64,000 nt of DNA from Corallochytrium limacisporum Hawaii (lineage: Eukaryota > Protista > Pluriformea): contig PDIP01000051.1 in assembly GCA_002811645.1 (NCBI GenBank), forward strand, positions 175,014-239,013, read 5' to 3'. The stretch's first letter is position 1; every line of letters begins with the position of its first letter. A program made the translations under genes and the position numbers. This document shows, one piece after another, positions 42,397-53,270 of the stretch. The notes under the pieces are model-generated. The model did no database searches and was not told the origin of the DNA. It saw only the letters and a list, made by a program, of their open reading frames with translations.

Positions 42397-43590
42397 ATGC
42401 CGGAAGAACAAGGCAAGTCCACAGCGACACAACAGGAGACGCCACCCCTTAGGGAGACTTCAGGACAAGGCAAGGCACAGAAGAAGAAACAGCGTAATTT
42501 CAAGAACTTACAAATATCTGTGACAGCGCCAGGAACAGAAGATGCCGAACGTGACTCGCTATCAGCGGACCACATTAAGCAAAGCAGCGGAGCAGGAATA
42601 AGTCCGAACCTGTCATCAAGTCCCTTGCTAGAAGCACTGGGTGACGCAGCGTCTGAAATGCAAAAGCAGAGTCTTGAAATGTTCAAGGATAGAAAATCGC
42701 AGGTCGAAGCTGACAACATCACTGGTGACCAATTAGAGGTCATGGAGGAATTGGGAGCAGGCAATGGTGGTGTGGTCAAGAAAGTAAAGCATAAAGCAAC
42801 AGGTATTGTTATGGCACGGAAAATGATTCTCGTGGGAAGTAAACCGGAGGTAGTTAAAAATGTTGCAAGAGAATTGAAGATTCTTCACCGATGCAACAGT
42901 CCGTACATTGTTGGATTCTTTGGTTCCTTTGTCGATGGCCAAGAGATCAGCGTATGCATGGAGTACATGGATGGGGGATCTTTAGAAAGTGTAATCAAGG
43001 CCGTTGGAAAGATTCCGGAACCAATTATGGGCCAAATCATTTACAGTGTGGCACAGGGCTTGATATATCTGAAGACTACCTTGGATATCATTCACCGGGA
43101 TGTCAAGCCGTCCAATATTCTCGTCAATAGCAAAGGCGAGATCAAGTTGTGTGACTTTGGTGTCAGCGGAGAGCTTATTAACAGCATGGCTGCTTCATTC
43201 GTGGGTACTCGGTCATACATGGCCCCGGAACGGCTCCAGGGTGCCGAATATAATATCAAGAGCGATATATGGAGTCTAGGTGTGACCATTGTGGAGTGTG
43301 CCATTGGGGAGTACCCAATTCCTTCGGAGAAGAAGAAGCGCCAGCGCAATCGTCCTATGGCTATCTTTGAACTCCTGGAGTACATTGTCAACGAGGATCC
43401 GCCAGCCCTGCCCACGGACATGGAATTCAGCGACAGTTTCCGCGATGTGACCGTGGTCTGCCTCAAGAAGGATCCTCGTGAACGTTGCTCTCCCCCTGAG
43501 CTGCTCGATATGGAGTTTGTCCAGGCGTGCCAAGCCGAGGCCGTTGACATCAGCCAATGGCTAGTAATGAATGTGATCAAACCCATATAA
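42397..43590 (+). CDS. MAP2K1: MAP kinase kinase, MEK1/2 (STE7) family
   Basis: LGAGNGGVV, MARK, HRCNSPYIVGF, HRDVKPSN, CDFGVSGELINSMAASFVGTRSYMAPERL; N-terminal docking site KKKQRNFKNLQI; first ATG at 42397. Confidence 0.95.
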   Translation: MPEEQGKSTATQQETPPLRETSGQGKAQKKKQRNFKNLQISVTAPGTEDAERDSLSADHIKQSSGAGISPNLSSSPLLEALGDAASEMQKQSLEMFKDRKSQVEADNITGDQLEVMEELGAGNGGVVKKVKHKATGIVMARKMILVGSKPEVVKNVARELKILHRCNSPYIVGFFGSFVDGQEISVCMEYMDGGSLESVIKAVGKIPEPIMGQIIYSVAQGLIYLKTTLDIIHRDVKPSNILVNSKGEIKLCDFGVSGELINSMAASFVGTRSYMAPERLQGAEYNIKSDIWSLGVTIVECAIGEYPIPSEKKKRQRNRPMAIFELLEYIVNEDPPALPTDMEFSDSFRDVTVVCLKKDPRERCSPPELLDMEFVQACQAEAVDISQWLVMNVIKPI

Positions 43591-44223
43591 TAATATGACA
43601 CAAGGTCACCGAATTAAAGCGCAATCAAAATGACTTCGTCGTCGCTAACGGGAAAGTGATCTGCCGATCAAATTCTGCTCCCTCCAGTAAACTAACCGTT
43701 AGCTGGTTTTAGCCCCACCCAAGATATATCGGGGGCCTAATTTTCTGTCCCTTCCGGAATCGTCGGAAGGGCCTGGGGGCTAGTGGTGGAGGGGACGAAA
43801 CGTAGCCGGCCAGGACGGGGGGACCAGTGGTTTTTTGGGGGCCAATTGAGACCCGTCATTGTGACGCGTCGATGTATACCGACGGTCCAACTGTACTATG
43901 ACTCTTCTCTTTTCTAGACCGATTTGACGTGTAATATCATGCGAAGTATTATGATTCGCACAATTGAAATGGTACTTAATCCTGTTTAGCCGCGACGTTG
44001 AACTATTGGGGAACAGCTATGACGTGGGAGAGCAAGAGTAGCGCATTAATAGTGTACTACCAAATTTATTGGTCTGGGTCTCAAATACACAAACGATCAA
44101 TCCGCATTGTGGTTTACAGAGTGTTCAAAACTGCGCACAAGGGCTTGTAAATTTAGGGAAAGAAGAGTGTACCTCAAGTAACTGTGGACATTTTTAAATA
44201 TCGAAGTGCAACTCCAAACAACT

Positions 44224-45150
44224 ATGAGAATTCCGGCGAGCAGTCCGCTGCTGAACCCAAACAATCAAGGCGAGACGACAGTGGATACAGACCAACCTTC
44301 AGTAGCAACCATGGACCCTTCAGAAACCGAAGGAATCCGCGCAGGCAAGGCACCGGCACCACCCACGGCAGGGGAAAGCAGCGAATCGGAACCTTTACTA
44401 GGGTCCTCAACAACAGACAACAACTCGGGAGCAGAGGTCAAGGATGAAAGCAGCACCACTGTCAATGCGGATCAGGACAGCAAGGCAGACGTAAAGACGG
44501 AAACAGCCGAAGACACCAGCAATGCAACACCAGGTGGTGGAACCAGCAATGATCGCAGCGCGCAATGGGAGTGCCAAATTTGCCTGGACGACGCCAATGA
44601 GCCTGTAGTTAGCCACTGTGGACACCTTTTCTGTTGGGCATGCCTGGCTGAATGGTTAAGAATCCAAGGTGCGTACGTTGACAACGAAACAGCAGCAAGA
44701 AACCCAGCCGCTACACAAATTACAGCTGGATGCCCAGTCTGCAACGCCGCGATCAGCCGCAATAAGGTCACTCCGATCTATGGCCGCGGCCAAACCAGCC
44801 AGCGCGACCCCCGGGACACCCCGCTTCCGCCGCGGCCGCAGGCACAGCGGGAAGAGAGACCATCAGGAGTTCCACGAGGCAGAGCAAATCTACCCGGAGG
44901 TGCGACATTCACTGGCACCGGTGCTGGTCAGGCGCGGCAGGCACATTTCAGCATAGGTGCGGGATTCTTTCCGTTCCCGACTCTCTTCGCCATGCAATTT
45001 TCTGGGCCGTCTGCACAGCCGACTGGCAACGGAGACGATCCTACGACTACTCATCCCCGGACAGCACAGGAGGCACAGTTCCAAGCCATCGCACAGGCAT
45101 TCCAGTTTGCGGGTCTGGTTATGATCCTTGCATTCATCTTCGGTGTTTGA
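44224..45150 (+). CDS. RNF185: RNF5/RNF185-type tail-anchored RING E3 ligase
   Basis: CQIC...PVVSHCGHLFCWAC...CPVC, PIYGRG, DPR...PPRP, C-terminal TM; start could be 44311. Confidence 0.9.
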   Translation: MRIPASSPLLNPNNQGETTVDTDQPSVATMDPSETEGIRAGKAPAPPTAGESSESEPLLGSSTTDNNSGAEVKDESSTTVNADQDSKADVKTETAEDTSNATPGGGTSNDRSAQWECQICLDDANEPVVSHCGHLFCWACLAEWLRIQGAYVDNETAARNPAATQITAGCPVCNAAISRNKVTPIYGRGQTSQRDPRDTPLPPRPQAQREERPSGVPRGRANLPGGATFTGTGAGQARQAHFSIGAGFFPFPTLFAMQFSGPSAQPTGNGDDPTTTHPRTAQEAQFQAIAQAFQFAGLVMILAFIFGV

Positions 45151-45660
45151 GTCCGCAAGTGTTGATCCCTTCGAGGACACGCAGAACAGCATGACACAAG
45201 AGCTTTTCGACATCGCTTTCCATCATTCACTTTTCATCATCACATAAAGATACATAATAGCAGTTTCCCATTCTTCATTCTATGCTTTGGTCTCGTCTGC
45301 ACGGAGTGCACCTCGTCATCGTTCCATCCTTTCCCTCCCCCCGGGTCTTCCGACCCTGGGATTCCCGCCGAAACGAAAAATGAAACTGCGGAGTTTCGAG
45401 CTGGCGTACTCATTCTGGTCCTTGTAGGAGAACACCATGTATCCTTTATACATTGATCACATTCATGACAGTGCAAAATGTGTACAGAGGAGCGTCAGCT
45501 GGTCTGGTAAAGCCATGGGAGAACAAAGAAAAGCCAAAAAAGGACCAACAATGGCAATTACTCATGGACCCACCAAAGTGTTGATCCAGATTTAAGCGCT
45601 GGGACAAACGGCGAATATGTGATGTATTGTAGAGATGAATAATTGCATATCGACCTCATT

Positions 45661-47277
45661 ATGAATAAAAGCGACGTGTGTGGTCCGTTCAACGAAGATC
45701 CGTCTCCGCGGATAGCGGTAGTGGTGGATACCAATGTGCTTCTGAACGCTTTATCTTACGTGCAACTGCTGGAATCGCGTGGGAACACAATAGGAATACC
45801 AATTGCTGTCCTCCGGGAGCTGGATGGACTGAAGAACTCCTCACTGACGGCAGTCGCAACGTCTTCACGGTCTGCATCGCGTTGGCTCGAGGATACGCAC
45901 AGGCAGCGCCCGGATGCACTACTTTGGGAAGGTGGCGAGATGGATACCCTGCCAACTGATGCCAAAGGAGGATCGAATGACGAGCTGATTTTGCGCTTCG
46001 CTGAGCGTCTCCACCGACAGTATGCGAGATGTGACAAAAACACAGGTAATGAAAGAGATCCATCTGTGAAGGTAAGAAGAGGCATAGCATTATACACGGA
46101 GGACCGCAATTTGCGACTGCGGGCGGTCGCAGCTGGTGTTCCTACGTTCGACAGTGGTACGGTCCTAAGCGGTGTACACCAGTACCTCGACCAGATCAAG
46201 AGTGGAGGAGGTACTACCAGCTTTGACACGGATATGATTGTCGTGACGTCTCCATTGAAAGAGGGTGGAGCAACGGGCAGTGATGTCAGTCTAACCGAGG
46301 TATTCTCAATCCTTTTGACGCAATTGGAACATACTCTCTCGGACTACGTCGTAGAGAGCATGAAGACAGAGTTTGGAGATCAGTGGAAAGCTGTTAGTGC
46401 GGTAAAGACCGATCCGTTCTCGTGGTTTGGTATTTTGGATATGCTCCAGGCACACTGGCAGACGGTATTTGATGATATTCTACCGCGGTCGACCAAGCAC
46501 GTCGTGAACACTCTGAAACGGCAAGATGTCAGAATGATCTTCAGTCGTCTACATCCGACAGAATCCGACATGCTTACCATGGTGGGTTATCTAGGGGACC
46601 TGCTGAAACCAATGAAGGGTAGGAGTGAGGCCATGGCTGGTCGTTTAAACGACGCGCGACACGCGGTAGGGGAGATGGCGCTTGCATTACGCGGGAAACA
46701 GTACGACCTTCAAAAGATCACTGGCGTGGATAGCCATCAAACTACTGATCAAGGTTCCAAGGCACTGGCCTCGTCCTCAGATGCCTCAGGCACACGGAAC
46801 AGCACAGTTCTAGCCGAATGCCTGCGGTACTTTCATCAGGACCTCTCTTTGCGGCAAAGTGTTGTGCAGAACCCGGACGAGAGTCCAGCAGTCATGATGG
46901 AAGTGCTGCGCGGCTTTGTAGCCGTGGCGAACAATGCAGAAGGCTTGGATGCACCCACCAGACTGGCAGTGGCCCACGATGCCCTGACCGTGATCACCAC
47001 CCTCCACAGTGCACTATCCCGAGGCGACCTTCACCAGTTTGCCAGTCTCATAGCCGAGTTTTTCACATATACTCAACTGGTTATCCTCGACAGCAGTACC
47101 ACACAACAATTGCAATCGTCGCAGAACGTACCAATCCTCCCAGCGAGCCAATTCCGGTCGACTATCGAAGCCCAGGTTATTGTGGCGCGCGATGCCGGCG
47201 CACTGGCCGCGGTCGAGTCTGAGCTGTCAGCCCTGGCAAGCCAAGTGCAATCCATTTTGGCAAATGGAGGTTTGTAG
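45661..47277 (+). CDS. SWT1: SWT1-like PIN-domain RNA endonuclease
   Basis: VVDTNVLL, IPIAVLRELDGLK, NDELIL, TEDRNLRLRA; following helical domain MKTEFGDQW...HWQTVF. Confidence 0.85.
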   Translation: MNKSDVCGPFNEDPSPRIAVVVDTNVLLNALSYVQLLESRGNTIGIPIAVLRELDGLKNSSLTAVATSSRSASRWLEDTHRQRPDALLWEGGEMDTLPTDAKGGSNDELILRFAERLHRQYARCDKNTGNERDPSVKVRRGIALYTEDRNLRLRAVAAGVPTFDSGTVLSGVHQYLDQIKSGGGTTSFDTDMIVVTSPLKEGGATGSDVSLTEVFSILLTQLEHTLSDYVVESMKTEFGDQWKAVSAVKTDPFSWFGILDMLQAHWQTVFDDILPRSTKHVVNTLKRQDVRMIFSRLHPTESDMLTMVGYLGDLLKPMKGRSEAMAGRLNDARHAVGEMALALRGKQYDLQKITGVDSHQTTDQGSKALASSSDASGTRNSTVLAECLRYFHQDLSLRQSVVQNPDESPAVMMEVLRGFVAVANNAEGLDAPTRLAVAHDALTVITTLHSALSRGDLHQFASLIAEFFTYTQLVILDSSTTQQLQSSQNVPILPASQFRSTIEAQVIVARDAGALAAVESELSALASQVQSILANGGL

Positions 47278-47512
47278 ATGAATAAAAGATTCACTTTGCT
47301 CCTAATAATCGAAAAGGTCCGTATATGTTTCCCCGCTCCATATGGTCAAAGGGGAGAGGGAGTCGGATTTTGGCCTCGGGGCCTAACTTTGGGAGTGAGG
47401 GAAAAGGAGGAGACACATGCCCGCAGAAATGCGACCGCGAAGGTCTGCTCAAAATTGCATGTTGCTTGGGGTCTCCCCTGCCGAAGATGTCGGTCTCGTG
47501 TGTAAGGGTTCG

Positions 47513-47533
47513 TGTGTGTGTGTGTGTGTGTGT
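47513..47533. repeat. (GT)n microsatellite
   Basis: Visible run upstream of MRPS9. Confidence 0.85.
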
Positions 47534-47841
47534 GGTGCAAGGTCTCCAGAATTAATCCGATGTTTCTTATGAACTTTCCTTCGTCCATAACTTTGTTTCG
47601 TCGTTCAATCACCCTTGGCTTTCTTTGCTATGTTTGCGCCTTCTCGGCTTGTAAACTTGATCCCTATTGGTACTTGACGGTTGAATCCGTGGTTGTGGTG
47701 ATCCAAGGGGACTGGAGAGTCAGGTTTGTTTTTCTTGTGATCCATATGACAACATAGAGAATGAGGTAACATGGAAGTGCAAGCTATTGCAGAAGCAGTT
47801 AGAACAACGTCTTAGGTATTGGTCGATAGAATTTTGCACCC

Positions 47842-49317
47842 ATGCTCGGACAATTGGCACGTTTGTCGTTGGGTGCCCTACGGACAACTGTCGGCACATT
47901 TGCCGCCACCACACCTCAGAATGGGCGTGTCTGTATTGGGGGTAGTATCAACTACTTTAACCGGAAAACTTGGATTCGGGAGATTCACACTACGTCAAAG
48001 CTGCTAGATGAAAGTGAAGATGAAAAGAAGGACAGTGTACCGTCTCCAAGCGAATCATCAGGTGGTTATTCGACGGATGACAACGCATACATGACCACCG
48101 GTGAGGGTGAAGAAGAGGCCACAGAAGACGTAGACTTTATGGAGGGCGAAGTACCAGTCACATCAAAAGATATCACCGGAGATCATCGAGACGCTCTCGA
48201 GCAGCAGCTTGACCGCGTCGCTTTGAACGAGGACGATCCCGAGATCGCCGATCCTCATGGCTGGGTGTTCGAGACCCCGGAGTGGAAGGAAGCCAACGTG
48301 GCTGCCAAATTGTTTGCATTGAAGTGGATCTACGGCATTCCTAACCCCCGTGAGAAAGATATTGCGCTGATCAATGAAAAACTGCTGCAGAACACTCTGG
48401 ACTACTTGATTCCGTCACAGCTACACAAGATGCCGAAGTTCTACTACGAGGCCAAGCTGGCCGAGGTAGACCCCTACCTCAACCTCGTTGCCGTAGAAGA
48501 ACGTCCCGCAGAATCTTCCTTCTATACCGGAAAAAGTCACTTTTTCGAGACCCTGCTCAACATTGAAGGCCGTATCGCGAAAATGGATAAGGCATATGAA
48601 GAGCTCCCAGAGGAAGAGAAACAGGAGGCGCTCAAAAAGGTCGATCACGGTTACTACCGCCTCCTACCGGAGCACCAAAAACGTCCGCTGAAGTGGAAGC
48701 GTCGCGACGAAATGGGTCTTGCCGTCGGTGGTGATCTCAAGATCCCGGAGTACAACCATCTGATTGACCGTCTCGACACTATGTATCAGCACCTATGCTT
48801 CCAGCAAAAGGACCACGAGGTCTTCATGCGTCCGTTTTTACGTGTGGGCAGCTCTGGTGATGCCGCTGACTTCGGTGAAGAAAAGCCCAAGGGTCAGTAC
48901 CCTCGGGAACCAAAGCTTAATGAGGACGGTGTCTCAGCCACTGGCCGTGGTCGCCGTAAGGACGCAGTAGCGATGTGCACAATCCGCCCTGGGAGCGGCC
49001 TGATCTTTGTGAACAAGAAGCCCCTGCCGGAGTATTTCAGCCGTTCTTTGCACCGTAAGAATGTGGTAGAGGCGTTCGACATAACTGGTACCCTTAAGGA
49101 CTTTGATCTAGAGGTTGAGGTTACTGGCGGTGGTCCCACAGGTCAGGCCCAAGCCATTCGTCACGGTATTGCCCGTGCCATGCAGAAGTATGATCCGATT
49201 GTCTACCGTCCCTTGGTCCGTAAGAGTAACTTAATTACGGTTGACAATCGTCAGGTTGAAGCCAAGAAGCCCGGTCGCAAGAAGGCCCGCAAGAAATTCA
49301 CATGGGTCAAACGTTAA
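47842..49317 (+). CDS. MRPS9: Mitochondrial ribosomal protein uS9m
   Basis: Arg/Ser/Thr-rich presequence; GRRKDAVA, GGGPTGQAQAIRHGIARA, VEAKKPGRKKARKKFTWVKR. Confidence 0.95.
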   Translation: MLGQLARLSLGALRTTVGTFAATTPQNGRVCIGGSINYFNRKTWIREIHTTSKLLDESEDEKKDSVPSPSESSGGYSTDDNAYMTTGEGEEEATEDVDFMEGEVPVTSKDITGDHRDALEQQLDRVALNEDDPEIADPHGWVFETPEWKEANVAAKLFALKWIYGIPNPREKDIALINEKLLQNTLDYLIPSQLHKMPKFYYEAKLAEVDPYLNLVAVEERPAESSFYTGKSHFFETLLNIEGRIAKMDKAYEELPEEEKQEALKKVDHGYYRLLPEHQKRPLKWKRRDEMGLAVGGDLKIPEYNHLIDRLDTMYQHLCFQQKDHEVFMRPFLRVGSSGDAADFGEEKPKGQYPREPKLNEDGVSATGRGRRKDAVAMCTIRPGSGLIFVNKKPLPEYFSRSLHRKNVVEAFDITGTLKDFDLEVEVTGGGPTGQAQAIRHGIARAMQKYDPIVYRPLVRKSNLITVDNRQVEAKKPGRKKARKKFTWVKR

Positions 49318-49950
49318 AACAGAGCGATGCTATCGTCTTGTTCTCTCTGTGGAAACCTGTCGTTCATTCATCTTTTTCATCATGAAAGCCATCCATAACA
49401 TTTTAGAGCATTGGCAATAAACATATTGCGCTAGATAGTATATTTCGATCATGCCCAACTCAATCTTTCATTCGTACGTTTGTCCCCGCCCGCTCTACGC
49501 CGGTGAAGCAGATGCCCTACCACCCGCGCCCCTGGGCCCAAGTCGGCGGATTCGAATTTCTCTTGACTTTCCACTCGTGCTCGAGGCTTGGGGCCCGTGG
49601 AGGTGGGGTTACGGGCGGGTGGGTCTCACGGCGCGTGGTCCGGAAAAGGGTGGGCCCAGGGGGGGGTGGGTCGATCCGTTTCCTGAACGAGGGCGGTCCT
49701 GAATGCAGTAGAGCACGGTCCGTCAGCTGTGTATCATTGTCGTCTTGCGGTGCAGAGATAATGGATCGAATGTAATGGTACTTGTGATTTTACTTCATGA
49801 GAAGAATAATTTCGGAGCCATGGCCACAACCTGTGACCGTATACAATACGAAATTTTCCAGTGCGGCTCTCGGCGGTGCGATCTCGGCAATGGTGAAATA
49901 GAAATACCAGACCAGATCTTGTAGTTTAGGAAATTTTTAGGTCTAACAGC

Positions 49951-52014
49951 ATGCCTAAGAACAAATGGGCAAAGGGTGCCAACCATGGCAGCCTGGGTAA
50001 GGCATTGATCAGACAACACCAGAAGGGTGGAATGGTCATGCGTGACGCGGACGGTTTCGTCCACCATTCAACTGAAATTGAAGACGGAAACTCATGGAAT
50101 AAGTACCGTAGTGTTACAGAACAGAATGATTTGGAGGAGTTCTTTACAGATGCACAACTGGCGGGAAGAGATTTTACGGCAGAACGGCAAAATTTCAGGA
50201 TTGTTCGGCCCGAAGAGTCACACACTGCGTTCCGCACACCAGAACAGCGGCAGCGCATGGAGGCCGCCATGGCAGAGCACATTGGTGCTCTGAAGATTCC
50301 CCGACGGCCACAGTGGGATGAAAGTACCTCTGCTGAACAGTTGCATGAGTGGGAACGGGAAAGCTTCTTGGAATGGCGCCGGGAACTGGCAGAACTGCAG
50401 TCAAACGAAAATCTGGAGCTCACACCATTTGAGCGCAACATTGAAGTGTGGCGGCAGCTGTGGCGTGTCGTAGAACGTAGTGATGTTGTTATTCAGATTG
50501 TAGATGCACGCAATCCGTTGCAATTCCGTTGTCGGGATCTGGAATTGTACGTTAAAGAACATGGTGTTGGAGAGAAAGCCAACCTTCTGCTGGTCAATAA
50601 GGCAGATATGCTGACACCAGAGCAGCGAAAACTGTGGGCTGCGTACTTCCAGAAGAACGCGATTGAATTCGCTTTCTGGAGTGCAGGCCTTGAGGAAGCA
50701 CGCCAGGCCGCTGCAAAGCGGGAACAAGCGTTGGAGGTCGAGAGGGCTGTGGAAGAAGAGGAAGACGAGGATGGCCACGATTCTGAAGACGAGGATGAGG
50801 AACAGAAAGCTGTGGGAATAGACGAAGCAGAAGGGACTCCTACGGAAGAAGAGCCTGATAGTCACCTCGATGAACAGGACAAAACGATTGAAGAGCTCAT
50901 GGCCAAGGTCAAGTCCCAGACGCTCGCCGACCATCCTGATGTTGCCGATGGTGTTGCAAAGGTCAGCGACGAGGACATTAAGATTCTTAGCCGAAAGGAA
51001 CTGCTCGACTTGCTGTGGATGAAGTATGGTAAGACTCACCATGGGGATCTAAACGAGGAAGACGATGACCTCGAATCGACCAAGCCAGAGGGTCCGCGCT
51101 TCAAGGTTGGTCTTGTCGGATATCCAAACGTTGGAAAGAGTTCCACTATCAACGCTCTTGTACAGTACAAGACCGTTGCCGTGTCTTCGACTCCTGGAAA
51201 GACCAAACACTTCCAGACCATCGCTCTGAAAGAAGAGGACATTTTGCTCATCGATTGCCCGGGTCTAGTTTTCCCTAGCTTTAGCTCCACCAAGGCTGAC
51301 ATGGTGGTTGACGGTATCCTGCCTATTGACCAGCTGCGGGATTCTGTGGGTCCTATCGCTTTGATCTGTGAGCGAATTCCAAAGCATGTGCTGGAGTACA
51401 AGTACGGTATTGTGTTGAAGGGCACCACAGATGGTGGTGAGGCTGCCACAACGGATGCAGGCATTCAAGCCAAAGAGGACCGTCCGGGACCGCACGATCT
51501 TCTACAGAGCTATGCACGCATGCGTGGCTATATGAGCTCTCATGGCATGCCGGACGAGAGCCGCGGTGCCCGTTACATCCTTAAGGACTACGTGAATGCC
51601 CGGCTACTGTTTTGTCATCCGCCTCCAGGTGTCGACGCCCACAAGTTTAATGAAACAAATGCGGACATCCTGCACGACTTCGGGCCCGCCGCAGGAAAGA
51701 AGGAGATCCACACTCCAGACATGGAGAAGGGATACCACCGGGGACCCCAGAATCGCGCTACACTATTCACTGGTGACCGCGCAGGCCACAAACCACAGTT
51801 CCTGAGCAAAGTTGACCGTGATTTCATGCGCCAAATGTTTGTACAGGCCAAGGGTAAGGCACCGACAACTGCCAAATCGAGCCAGGCACTCCTAGATGAT
51901 GCCCGTCGCCAGGCCGCCGAAGGATTGCAGTCTAAGAAGCATCACAAGAAGAATAAGCGCGGCGAACGCAAACTACGGCGCAAGATGAATGGATCCAACC
52001 CCTACGAGTCCTAA
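49951..52014 (+). CDS. LSG1: Large-subunit GTPase 1
   Basis: IPRRPQW, LTPFERNIEVWRQLWRVVERSD, DARNPL, NKAD, GYPNVGKSS, TPGKTKHFQT, DCPG. Confidence 0.97.
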   Translation: MPKNKWAKGANHGSLGKALIRQHQKGGMVMRDADGFVHHSTEIEDGNSWNKYRSVTEQNDLEEFFTDAQLAGRDFTAERQNFRIVRPEESHTAFRTPEQRQRMEAAMAEHIGALKIPRRPQWDESTSAEQLHEWERESFLEWRRELAELQSNENLELTPFERNIEVWRQLWRVVERSDVVIQIVDARNPLQFRCRDLELYVKEHGVGEKANLLLVNKADMLTPEQRKLWAAYFQKNAIEFAFWSAGLEEARQAAAKREQALEVERAVEEEEDEDGHDSEDEDEEQKAVGIDEAEGTPTEEEPDSHLDEQDKTIEELMAKVKSQTLADHPDVADGVAKVSDEDIKILSRKELLDLLWMKYGKTHHGDLNEEDDDLESTKPEGPRFKVGLVGYPNVGKSSTINALVQYKTVAVSSTPGKTKHFQTIALKEEDILLIDCPGLVFPSFSSTKADMVVDGILPIDQLRDSVGPIALICERIPKHVLEYKYGIVLKGTTDGGEAATTDAGIQAKEDRPGPHDLLQSYARMRGYMSSHGMPDESRGARYILKDYVNARLLFCHPPPGVDAHKFNETNADILHDFGPAAGKKEIHTPDMEKGYHRGPQNRATLFTGDRAGHKPQFLSKVDRDFMRQMFVQAKGKAPTTAKSSQALLDDARRQAAEGLQSKKHHKKNKRGERKLRRKMNGSNPYES

Positions 52015-52117
52015 GAGTAGTGTCTTGTCTTGCTCTCGATTATCGCCTTTGAATACATAGATAAAATTATAGTACTAATTTTGCAAACTGGAAGACTAAT
52101 GAGTAGTCAGAGCGTCA

Positions 52118-53263
52118 TTACTGGCCCGTGTCCACAAAACGCCGGCTCTCGGGCGAGTACCATTGTCGCAGAAGCGGCGCTTCGAGGAGAACCACTGCCA
52201 ACAGTCCGCCCAGACCACTACCTAGCACGCAGCCCACGGAATTGGTGATGGGCCATGCTTGCCATGGCCGATCCCAGTCTAGGGGAATTGGTACAGCACC
52301 GAGCCATGCGCCGGCTGCAGCGCCCAGGATTAGGCCTTGGCTCCAGACGAGGAGCATTACCCCATCATCGATGGTAAATGCTGGCGGCATCTCGCGGTCC
52401 AAATTTTCAAAGGCGGAAGCCGGTTCCTTGCCCTTGCGCATTTTCAGGTCCTGCTGCATTGCAAAGCGGCGCCCGCTGAGCATGACCAGCACACCTTGGT
52501 AAGTCAGCGGCCCACTGATGAACCAAACTGGCCAAGAGCATGCTGCCAATAGAAGTGCCATGCTGGCGGTACGGTCAATCTTTTCTGTGAAGGGCGCACC
52601 CATGAGTACAAGAGTGGCATGACCTCCTGCCGTGGCCACCAACAGGCCGGGTAAGCCGTACCGAAATATGTGCGAAAGCATGCTCATGCGCTGGTCCGCC
52701 GCTTGGTGAGGTGATGACGATGATACAGGCGACTTGCTGCGGGCTGTGTTCCCGTTCTTACTCATCTTTGTCATTGAATTGGCCGGTTCGAGGTATAGCA
52801 CCGCTAGTATAGCATGGCACGCAGCAACGATGAACGCCAGAATAACTAGGGATACAACCGTCTGGTCCACGATGGTGCGAGTAAACCCAACTGTAGCTAC
52901 AAAGCAGCCCAGTGCCATGGGCGCAATGCTCGACGCAAACAAGAGATATCGTCTCCTGGACGAATGCCGCTTGACCAGGGCATTGTTTGGGGCGGATGCT
53001 GAATAGTATGCTGCAGGGTTGGGGCCCCCTCGATTCATCATCATACCCATGCGCTGAAACCGGACAGAACTTGCCATGTCCTCTAGCAAATAGTCGGGCT
53101 CCCACTGTGCCTGTTCGGCGGGGTCGTCCATAAAGTATCCGTGCCCCGATCCGCGTCCGAACGCTAATTTTTTGTCATCGTCGTCCAGATAGACACCGGC
53201 ATTGTATAGATCGCCGGAAACTGTTCCTCCAGGCCCGCGACGACGCAGGCTGTGATCTGTCAT
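52118..53263 (-). CDS. PIGF: GPI anchor biosynthesis protein PIG-F/Gpi11 with N-terminal extension; candidate downstream cistron
   Basis: LMGAPF and GAWLGAVPIPLDWDRPWQAWPI signature; multiple TM helices; exact start uncertain. Confidence 0.92.
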   Translation of the reverse strand: MTDHSLRRRGPGGTVSGDLYNAGVYLDDDDKKLAFGRGSGHGYFMDDPAEQAQWEPDYLLEDMASSVRFQRMGMMMNRGGPNPAAYYSASAPNNALVKRHSSRRRYLLFASSIAPMALGCFVATVGFTRTIVDQTVVSLVILAFIVAACHAILAVLYLEPANSMTKMSKNGNTARSKSPVSSSSPHQAADQRMSMLSHIFRYGLPGLLVATAGGHATLVLMGAPFTEKIDRTASMALLLAACSWPVWFISGPLTYQGVLVMLSGRRFAMQQDLKMRKGKEPASAFENLDREMPPAFTIDDGVMLLVWSQGLILGAAAGAWLGAVPIPLDWDRPWQAWPITNSVGCVLGSGLGGLLAVVLLEAPLLRQWYSPESRRFVDTGQ

Positions 53264-53270
53264 TTGAATT